Assembly (NCBI GenBank): GCA_964016885.1
Contig: OZ024741.1
Location: forward strand, 276,706,001-276,770,000
Direction: 5' to 3'
DNA length: 64,000 bases
Source of the DNA: Eledone cirrhosa
Taxonomy: Eukaryota
In this document: one piece after another, positions 13,291 to 22,806 of the stretch
Numbering within the stretch: the first letter of the stretch is position 1
Layout: every line of letters begins with the position of its first letter
Notes under the pieces: generated by a model
Database searches by the model: none
What the model saw: only the letters and a program-made list of their open reading frames with translations
Told to the model about the DNA's origin: nothing
Made by a program: the position numbers and the translations under genes

Positions 13291-16200
13291 ATGGCTGTCT
13301 TAAGAGTGGGTTGTCTAAATGCGCGTGGCCTGGGCTCACCTTGGAAGCAAGCTAAACTTCTAAGTGACCTCAGGTCACAATGTGTAAATGTGATGGTTAT
13401 TTGCGAGGCCCGGATCAGCAGCATGCGACAGCTAACCCCCACCTTTGATGACTTTGAGATGCACGCATCTCTCTGTCAGCCCGGAGGTGGGGGTGGGGTT
13501 GTCGTTCTGCTGCAAAAACATCTGGGTCTCGCTACACAGACGGTACACTTGGACCCGGAGGGTCGACTCGTGGTTCTGGACCTTGGCAATGGCGAAGGCG
13601 AAGCTTTTAGGCTTGTCGCCGTATACGCCCCTTTTGGGGCAATGCGGTCGGACTTCTTCCATCGTCTGGAGACTTTTCTAGGGACGTCCCGCTCCTTGCT
13701 TTTAGTGGGGGACTGGAATGGTATCCTAGATGCACGTTGGGACTATGTAGGGGCATGTCCCGATAGAGGGGGGTGTAACAGCCTTAAGGGGTTAATCGGC
13801 CGATTCGACCTGGCCGATAGATACCGACTAGATTTTCCGACTGTACCAACCTGGACCTGGTCAAATAACAGTGGTCAATCTAGATCGTACCTAGATAGGT
13901 TCTTAGTTAGAATTAAGGATAGGGACTTTTTAAGTTGTCCAGAAATGCTCATGGTGGGCTATTCAGACCACAAGTTAGTGACCTGCGTAGTCCACCTTGA
14001 TAGAACGCATAGGCAGGGGCCCGGTTACTGGAAGCTCAACTTGTCCTTACCGGCAAGTAGAGCTTACAGGGACCGGATTAGAACCTTAGTTAAGGAGCAG
14101 TTGACGGGCGCCATCGTCAACAACAGGTGGTGGGGCTCTCTAAAAAGAGAGATTAGAGTAGTTTCAATAGGAGTTAGTAAGGAGTTAGCCTCAGATAGAA
14201 ATAGGAAGGAAAGGGAGTTGGTAGTTAATGTTGAAGAGGCAATGAGAAGCGGCAACGTGGCCAGAGTGCAAGCGTCGAGAACGGTCTTGAACCAGTTCTT
14301 CGACGCGAAACACGAAGGCTGCGTTGTCCGAAGCAAAATACGTGCTCTGGGAAACGAGGGGACCAAAGCTGTTAGCTGGGCTAGCGTGACAGAAGCGAAA
14401 AGTGGGATTAAATCCACTATCCGGTCTTTGCGAGACCAGGATGGACGGCTGATCCTTGAACCTAAGCAAATGTGCGAGGCCTTTCAAAGGCACTTTGCCG
14501 AATTGTTCGGGAGGGGCGGGGAGCCGGTTGGAGATGTGGATTTCGGTCCATACCTCGACGGCCTGCCGCGTCTTTCGGACAGGGAGGCGAGGTCCTGCGA
14601 CGGGCCGATCTCAGCGGCTGAAATAGGGGACGTGCTGAGCCTATGCGGCAAACGCAAATCTCCAGGACTCGATGGTCTGCCCTACGAACTATATATTAAT
14701 ATGCCGGACTTGTTCCCCGATCTCCTCGAGGCGGTCTACTGCAACTGGCAACAGAACGGGAGAATTCCCTGTTCTGTGACCAAGGGCGTAGTCTCGCTAG
14801 TGAGGAAGGACGAGAACAAGGGGGATGACATTAGTAATTTTAGGCCCATAACTCTGCTAAATGCAGAGTTAAAGATTTTGGCGAAGGTGTTAGCGAAGAG
14901 GTTGGCGCTTGTCGTGGGGGGCCTGGTGGGAGATGCGCAGACATGCGCTATCCCGTCCAGGTCCATCCACGACAACCTCCACCTCATGCGATACATCATA
15001 GGGAGGGTTGGGAACGAACCCGGCTTTGGTGGGGCCCTGATAAATTTAGATCAGTCTAAAGCGTTCGATAGGGTGGACCATGGTTACCTGGATGCGGTGC
15101 TAGCGGCGGCTGGGTTCGGACCCGTTTTCAGGGGCTGGATCACTGCCATGCACAGCAGCCGCATCTGCTCTAGAGTCAAGGTGAACGGCTACCTTTCGGA
15201 GCCGTTCGAAATCACCCGCTCCATCCGACAGGGGTGCCCTCTCTCCTCCCTTCTGTATGTGTTGACTCTCGAGCCATTACTGCGGAAGTTGGAGTTGTTG
15301 CAGGGCATCCCTTTGGAACCGGGATTGCGCAAAGCGGTGTCGGCCTACGCCGATGACGTAACAGTAATGGTGTCGACCGCCTCGGAAATCGAGGCAATCG
15401 GCACCTTACTAGAGGAGTACGAAAGGTTGACAGGGGCTAAGCTGAACCGGGACAAGTCAGTCGCTTTGCAACTCGGCGAGTGGAGGGGCAAAGCGATGTC
15501 GTGCGACGGTATCGTCGGACGGTGGACGGAGGGCCCGGTGAAGTTGCTTGGGGTCTGGTTCGGACCGGACCTCCAGGTGGAGAAAAACTGGGGTGAGGTG
15601 ACGAATAGGGTGTTTGCACTGACCCAGAAGTGGGCCGAGTGCAAACTATCCCTAAAAGGTCGGGCGGAGGTGGCGAACGCTTACATAGCGTCCGTCATCT
15701 ATTACCGCTTGACTGTCGTGCCTTGCCCGGGTGAGATCCTCGCCAAAATGGAGCGCGCCCTCTTTTATTTCCTTTGGAAGAAGAGGTCTCCTCTAGTGAG
15801 GAGATCCATCTGCTGTCAACACCCTTTGAAAGGAGGGCTGGGGATGCCGTGGCTAAAAATGCGTAAACACGCATTGAGGCTAAGGCACCTCCACGTATTC
15901 CTCACCGGTCAACCGGTGTGGGCCCCGTTTGTGAGGCGAGCCTTCCCGAGGCTCGTCTCGCTCACCGAGCTGCAGTCCTGGGTGAAGCAAAGACCGAGAA
16001 AACTGGGCGACTGGCACACCGAGTGTGCCCAGGCGCTCACGGCTCTCTGGCAGGCGGACCCGGCTATCGACGGAGACTCCACCTCGTCATTCTATAGAGG
16101 GCTGGTGGTTAGCGGGTGCGACGACGCCCTCGGAGAAGCCCTAGGCATGGAGGAGGACGAACTGGCCAGTCTATTCGGTAGGACTTTCGGCCCGGGACCT

Positions 16201-16728
16201 ATGGACAACTTCCAGAAGTCCTTGGCCTGGCAGTGCTACCGAGGGGCTCTGCCCGTTCGGGATAAGCTCTACAGACACGGGCGCCCGGGTAGGGACCCCT
16301 CGAAAAAGATCTGTCCCAGATGCGTGCGCGACGAGGAAACCGTCGCGCACGCATTGGTGCACTGCCCGGGCATTGCCGATCTGTGGGGCTATGTCGAACG
16401 ACTGCTGTCACGGGTGGGACCAATTAGGTTGACCACCGAGTCCATTGTAACGATCAAGCCGCCTCCCCCCTTCAAAAATGAAGGAGAGGCGGTCTTCCTC
16501 TGTGTAATAGTCATGGTAAAAGAGGCTATATGGTGGACGCGTCTGAAAGGGCTGAGGTCGGACACCTTTCTCTCCGGCCAACAACTGGTCCTTTTCTTCC
16601 GATACCATTTCGGAAGAAGGATCAGGATGGAGAGAGAGGTGCTCCACTCCAGCCAGTTTTATGAAAGGTGGGTGAAAGTTGCGAGAATGGCCCGTGTGAA
16701 TGGGCCTTCTCTCTACCTCAGCCTGTAG
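13291..16728 (+). CDS. ORF2p of A1 (1145 aa): APE endonuclease + reverse transcriptase + C-terminal CCHC-type motif
   Basis: APE motifs LNARGL, VYAP, GDWN, TW, YLDRF, SDH. RT motifs KSPGLDG, FRPITLLN, LDQSKAFDRV, RQGCPLS, YADD. C-terminal CPRC..ETVAHALVHC. GYWKLN and GGLG motifs are typical of L1/Tx1. Confidence 0.95.
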   Translation: MAVLRVGCLNARGLGSPWKQAKLLSDLRSQCVNVMVICEARISSMRQLTPTFDDFEMHASLCQPGGGGGVVVLLQKHLGLATQTVHLDPEGRLVVLDLGNGEGEAFRLVAVYAPFGAMRSDFFHRLETFLGTSRSLLLVGDWNGILDARWDYVGACPDRGGCNSLKGLIGRFDLADRYRLDFPTVPTWTWSNNSGQSRSYLDRFLVRIKDRDFLSCPEMLMVGYSDHKLVTCVVHLDRTHRQGPGYWKLNLSLPASRAYRDRIRTLVKEQLTGAIVNNRWWGSLKREIRVVSIGVSKELASDRNRKERELVVNVEEAMRSGNVARVQASRTVLNQFFDAKHEGCVVRSKIRALGNEGTKAVSWASVTEAKSGIKSTIRSLRDQDGRLILEPKQMCEAFQRHFAELFGRGGEPVGDVDFGPYLDGLPRLSDREARSCDGPISAAEIGDVLSLCGKRKSPGLDGLPYELYINMPDLFPDLLEAVYCNWQQNGRIPCSVTKGVVSLVRKDENKGDDISNFRPITLLNAELKILAKVLAKRLALVVGGLVGDAQTCAIPSRSIHDNLHLMRYIIGRVGNEPGFGGALINLDQSKAFDRVDHGYLDAVLAAAGFGPVFRGWITAMHSSRICSRVKVNGYLSEPFEITRSIRQGCPLSSLLYVLTLEPLLRKLELLQGIPLEPGLRKAVSAYADDVTVMVSTASEIEAIGTLLEEYERLTGAKLNRDKSVALQLGEWRGKAMSCDGIVGRWTEGPVKLLGVWFGPDLQVEKNWGEVTNRVFALTQKWAECKLSLKGRAEVANAYIASVIYYRLTVVPCPGEILAKMERALFYFLWKKRSPLVRRSICCQHPLKGGLGMPWLKMRKHALRLRHLHVFLTGQPVWAPFVRRAFPRLVSLTELQSWVKQRPRKLGDWHTECAQALTALWQADPAIDGDSTSSFYRGLVVSGCDDALGEALGMEEDELASLFGRTFGPGPMDNFQKSLAWQCYRGALPVRDKLYRHGRPGRDPSKKICPRCVRDEETVAHALVHCPGIADLWGYVERLLSRVGPIRLTTESIVTIKPPPPFKNEGEAVFLCVIVMVKEAIWWTRLKGLRSDTFLSGQQLVLFFRYHFGRRIRMEREVLHSSQFYERWVKVARMARVNGPSLYLSL

Positions 16729-16729
16729 G
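16705..16729 (+). promoter_or_regulatory. Candidate 3' splice acceptor at the end of ORF2 (ccttctctctacctcAG|cctgtAG|g)
   Basis: Pyrimidine tract plus two AGs; equivalent sequence at the ORF2 end of all copies except D, where it is deleted. Confidence 0.5.
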
Positions 16730-16978
16730 TGGAACAGAAAGGAGGGAGCACCCTCTCTTTGTGCTCCCGTGGAGAAGGGTCGCACACTTTTTTCGGGGGT
16801 GTGTGTGACCCCAAAACGATCCCTCCCTATTGAGGACCTTCTTGTTATTATTTTGTTTGTTATATTTTTCTTACTCGATTTTTATGTAAACTCCCCCCAC
16901 CCATGTACATGTCCCTTTCTTTTGTGCCCTAGTGGCAAATAAACAGAAATTTATCTGTCTGCCTATCTGTCCGTCTGA

Positions 16979-17008
<30 letters not shown>

Positions 17009-17009
<1 letters not shown>

Positions 17010-20000
17010 AGTATAGTAGACGTGTGTCATATCGCTCTGTGATTTGGATTTTTACCTGCTATTTTTGTGAGTGGATTTTTTTGAATTCTTTTGTATAATT
17101 AACTGTAACCCCTAGTCTGGGACTCTAGACGTCGGGTAAATATATTTTCACCCCTTTTGGGGTGAAAAATAAATATTTCAGAAATGTTTATCGATATCGT
17201 TGATAACGATATCGTCGAAAACGATATCGCCATATTGGAAGCGAACGCCACGCCGACCAAAAAAACAAGCGGGAAAGAGGGAACAACAGTTCAAACTGTT
17301 GAACAACCCCTCCTCTCCAATGAAAAAAAGAATTTCAATTCAAATGAAAAAATTAATTTTCAAGAAAAAAATAACACCACAAATAAGGAAACCAACAACA
17401 TTACAACAACAAACAAAGACAAAATTTCTTTTGCCCAAACACTCAGGAGAGCCACGGAATACAAAGCCATTGACATCACGAACGCCAAGGAAAATTTGCT
17501 AGAGGCTAGAAAATACGTATCTTTTGGGGAGGATGGTTCTTTTACGATCAACTCCCCAGAAGAAGTACGTCAACAGATTTACAAGAATACCGTAAGCTAC
17601 AGAACCATAACCAACGAAACGAGAAAGCCAGCGCAATTGACCGAAAGTCAAATCGAGCTGGTTCTTAAAGAAATTAAAAATGACATACTCTTTATTCAAA
17701 GAGGAAAGCTGTATGCCAGCATTATGGTCCGAATGAAGGACGAAATGCTGGCTCAGAAATATTCGGTGGCACCTATAGTGTCACCACAATACACCTTCTT
17801 CCCCACATATAAAGGAAGAAGAACACAAAGGATAAGAATGTGGAGCCCTACGCCAGAAATTAACATCTGGTCCGTCCTAACAGGATTTACCGATCTAGAT
17901 AAGGACATACTAATTTCAGCAGGGGAGTCCACCAGTGGACTGTTCGGCGGGAAAAGTCTGGAGGTTCTCTTACAGATGACACCTGAGAGAATCTCCGGAA
18001 TACCCGACCGAGTGCTACTGGATGGGCGAACCTACATAAATATCACAGTGGAAGGCAGGAGACCCTCATGTTACCACTGCGCTGGCAGAGGTCACCTGAG
18101 GACGGCCTGCCCTCTACTAACAACTAAAAAACCACTGCTACAAACACCACAACAACAACAAAAACAACCAGCACCACCATCACAAAAACAACAAAATACA
18201 CTACCATCTCCACCAGAACAACAAAAACCAACAACACCACCACCACCACCACCACCACAACAACAACAACAACAACAACATCAACAACAGCTCAAGAAAA
18301 CAACCCAAAACACGGTCCCACCCAGCCCCACCCACAGAACACAAATACAAAAACAGTTCATACACAACCCGGAGATATACCCCTCCCCTCCAATACGGAA
18401 GAGGAGCTCATATCGTCGGAAGACGAGGGGGCTCCCTTCCAAAAAGTGAAAAGAAAAAAACGTACACACACCACAACAACAAAAATAACCCCACCTGACA
18501 ACATAACACAGACAATAAAACGCAAACTCACTCAACAACAGCAAGCAAAAACAAACACAACAACACAAAAACTCTACACATACATAAACAAAAACAATGA
18601 AAACCTAACTTTAAAAATAGAAACCAACCCTTCGATACAAACCGAAGGGCCGAATTTCGTAACGGCAATGGGGCTCCCTAACCTGAAAATGGTGAAAATC
18701 CCACTTGACATTTTCAAAACTTTAAAAGACATGTACCCTGAGGACGTGGGCCCACCCTGCACCAGGCCACTCAACCGCGTCCTCCTGAAATGTTTTCCCC
18801 TCCCCTCCTCAAACACCCACACAACTCCAAAGATCCCAACCCCTCCACACACTAATACCCCCACACCACCACAAACCACCACCCCACCCATCAACCCCGC
18901 CACCAGCCCCATGGAAACTGAGCGACCCGAACCCCGGGACGCAGAGAGGTAAGTGCCTCTTTCTTTGCCACCAACATGGCTGTCTTAAGAGTAGGTTGTC
19001 TAAATGCGCGTGGCCTGGGCTCACCTTGGAAGCAAGCTAAACTTCTAAGTGACCTCAGGTCACAATGTGTAAATGTGATGGTTATTTGCGAGGCCCGGAT
19101 CAGCAGCATGCGACAGCTAACCCCCACCTTTGATGACTTTGAGATGCACGCATCTCTCTGTCAGCCTGGAGGTGGGGGTGGGGTTGTCGTTCTGCTGCAA
19201 AAACATCTGGGTCTCGCTACACAGACGGTACACTTGGACCCGGAGGGTCGACTCGTGGTTCTGGACCTTGGCAATGGCGAAGGCGAAGCTTTTAGGCTTG
19301 TCGCCGTATACGCCCCTTTTGGGGCAATGCGGTCGGACTTCTTCCATCGTCTGGAGACTTTTCTAGGGACGTCCCGCTCCTTGCTTTTAGTGGGGGACTG
19401 GAATGGTATCCTAGATGCACGTTGGGACTATGTAGGGGCATGTCCCGATAGAGGGGGGTGTAACAGCCTTAAGGGGTTAATCGGCCGATTCGACCTGGCC
19501 GATAGATACCGACTAGATTTTCCGACTGTACCAACCTGGACCTGGTCAAATAACAGTGGTCAATCTAGATCGTACCTAGATAGGTTCTTAGTTAGAATTA
19601 AGGATAGGGACATTTTAAGTTGTCCAGAAATGCTCATGGTGGGCTATTCAGACCACAAGTTAGTGACCTGCGTAGTCCACCTTGATAGAACGCATAGGCA
19701 GGGGCCCGGTTACTGGAAGCTCAACTTGTCCTTACCGGCAAGTAGAGCTTACAGGGACCGGATTAGAACCTTAGTTAAGGAGCAGTTGACGGGCGCCATC
19801 GTCAACAACAGGTGGTGGGGCTCTCTAAAAAGAGAGATTAGAGTAGTTTCAATAGGAGTTAGTAAGGAGTTAGCCTCAGATAGAAATAGGAAGGAAAGGG
19901 AGTTGGTAGTTAATGTTGAAGAGGCAATGAGAAGCGACAACGTGGCCAGAGTGCAAGCGTCGAGAACGGTCTTGAACCAGTTCTTCGACGCGAAACACGA

Positions 20001-22637
20001 AGGCTGCGTTGTCCGAAGCAAAATACGTGCTCTGGGAAACGAGGGGACCAAAGCTGTTAGCTGGGCCCGCGTGACAGAAGCGAAAAGTGGAATTAAATCC
20101 ACTATCCGGTCTTTGCGAGACCAGGATGGACGGCTGATCCTTGAACCTAAGCAAATGTGCGAGGCCTTTCAAAGGCACTTTGCCCAATTGTTCGGGAGGG
20201 GCGGGGAGCCGGTTGGAGATGTGGATTTCGGTCCATACCTCGACGGCCTGCCGCGTCTTTCGGACAGGGAGGCGAGGTCCTGCGACGGGCCGATCTCAGC
20301 TGCTGAAATAGGGGACGTGCTGAGCCTATGCGGCAAACGCAAATCTCCAGGACTCGATGGTCTGCCCTACGAACTATATATTAATATGCCGGACTTGTTC
20401 CCCGATCTCCTCGAGGCGGTCTACTGCAACTGGCAACAGAACGGGAGAATTCCCTGTTCTGTGACCAAGGGCGTAGTCTCGCTAGTGAGGAAGGACGAGA
20501 ACAAGGGGGATGACATTAGTAATTTTAGGCCCATAACTCTGCTAAATGCAGAGTTAAAGATTTTGGCGAAGGTGTTAGCGAAGAGGTTGGCGCTTGTCGT
20601 GGGGGGCCTGGTGGGAGATGCGCAGACATGCGCTATCCCGTCCAGGTCCATCCACGACAACCTCCACCTCATGCGATACATCATAGAGAGGGTTGGGAAG
20701 GAACCCGGCTTTGGTGGGGCCCTGATAAATTTAGATCAGTCTAAAGCGTTCGATAGAGTGGACCATGGTTACCTGGATGCGGTGCTAGCGGCGGCTGAGT
20801 TCGGACCCGTTTTCAGGGGCTGGATCACTGCCATGCACAGCAGCCGCATCTGCTCTAGAGTCAAGGTGAACGGCTACCTTTCGGAGCCGTTCGAAATCAC
20901 CCGCTCCATCCGACAGGGGTGCCCTCTCTCCTCCCTTCTGTATGTGTTGACTCTCGAGCCATTACTGCGGAAGTTGGAGTTGTTGCAGGGCATCCCTTTG
21001 GAACCGGGATTGCGCAAAGCGGTGTCGGCCTACGCCGATGACGTAACAGTAATGGTGTCGACCGCCTTGTAAATCGAGGCAATCGGCACCTTACTAGAGG
21101 AGTACGAAAGGTTGACAGGGGCTAAGCTGAACCGGGACAAGTCAGTCGCTTTGCAACTCGGCGAGTGGAGGGGCAAAGCGATGTCGTGCGACGGTATCGT
21201 CGGACGGTGGACGGAGGGCCCGGTGAAGTTGCTTGGGGTCTGGTTCGGACCGGACCTCCAGGTGGAGAAAAACTGGGGTGAGGTGACGAATAGGGTGTTT
21301 GCACTGACCCAGAAGTGGGCCGAGTGCAAACTATCCCTAAAAGGTCGGGCGGAGGTGGCGAACGCTTACATAGCGTCCGTCATCTATTACCGCTTGACTG
21401 TCGTGCCTTGCCCGGGTGAGATCCTCGCCAAAATGGAGCGCGCCCTCTTTTATTTCCTTTGGAAGAAGAGGTCTCCTCTAGTGAGGAGATCCATCTGCTG
21501 TCAACACCCTTTGAAAGGAGGGCTGGGGATGCCGTGGCTAAAAATGCGTAAACACGCATTGAGGCTAAGGCACCTCCACGTATTCCTCACCGGTCAACCG
21601 GTGTGGGCCCCGTTTGTGAGGCGAGCCTTCCCGAGGCTCGTCTCGCTCACCGAGCTGCAGTCCTGGGTGAAGCAAAGACCGAGAAAACTGGGCGACTGGC
21701 ACACCGGGTGTGCCCAGGCGCTCACGGCTCTCTGGCAGGCGGACCCGGCTATCGACGGAGACTCCACCTCGTCATTCTATAGAGGGCTGGTGGTTAGCGG
21801 GTGCGACGACGCCCTCGGAGAAGCCCTAGGCATGGAGGAGGACGAACTGGCCAGTCTATTCGGTAGGACTTTCGGCCCGGGACCTATGGACAACTTCCAG
21901 AAGTCCTTGGCCTGGCAGTGCTACCGAGGGGCTCTGCCCGTTCGGGATAAGCTCTACAGACACGGGCGCCCGGGTAGGGACCCCTCGAAAAAGATCTGTC
22001 CCAGATGCGTGCGCGACGAGGAAACCGTCGCGCACGCATTGGTGCACTGCCCGGGCGTTGCCGATCTGTGGGGCTATGTCGAACAACTGCTGTCACGGGT
22101 GGGACCAATTAGGTTGACCACCGAGTCCATTGTAACGATCAAGCCGCCTCCCCCCTTCAAAAATGAAGGAGAGGCGGTCTTCCTCTGTGTAATAGCCATG
22201 GTAAAAGAGGCTATATGGTGGACGCGTCTGAAAGGGCTGAGGTCGGACACCTTTCTCTCCGGCCAACAACTGGTCCTTTTCTTCCGATACCATTTCGGAA
22301 GAAGGATCAGGATGGAGAGAGAGGTGCTCCACCCCAGCCAGTTTTATGAAAGGTGGGTGAAAGTTGCGAGAATGGCCCGTGTGAATGGGCCTTCTCTCTA
22401 CCTCAGCCTGTAGGTGGAACAGAAAGGAGGGAGCACCCTCTCTTTGTGCCCCCGTGGAGAAGGGTCGCAGACTTTTTTCGGGGGTGTGTGTGACCCCAAA
22501 ACGATCCCTCCCTATTGAGGACCTTCTTGTTATTATTTTGTTTGTTATATTTTTCTTACTCGATTTTTATGTAAACTCCCCCCACCCATGTACATGTCCC
22601 TTTCTTTTGTGCCCTAGTGGCAAATAAACAGAAATTT
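17009..22637 (+). mobile_element. Full-length Tx1-like copy A2 (near-identical to A1), defective
   Basis: ORF1 17184-18952 with a 1-nt deletion near 18330; ORF2 18976-22413 with an in-frame TAA at 21070-21072. Confidence 0.95.
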
Positions 22638-22775
22638 GTCTGCCTATCTGTCTGCCTATCTGTCCGTCTGACTGTCTGTCTGCCTATCTGTCTGACTGTC
22701 TGTCTGCCTATCTGTCCGTCTGACTGTTTGTCTGACTGTTTGTCTGCCTATCTGTCTGCCTATCTGTCCGTCTGA

Positions 22776-22805
<30 letters not shown>

Positions 22806-22806
<1 letters not shown>

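Larger units (their letters stand above)
11332..16952 (+). mobile_element. Full-length, apparently intact L1/Tx1-clade non-LTR retrotransposon (copy A1)
   Basis: 5' UTR, ORF1, 23-nt spacer, ORF2, structured 3' UTR ending GGCAAATAAACAGAAATTT with no poly(A). Confidence 0.95.
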
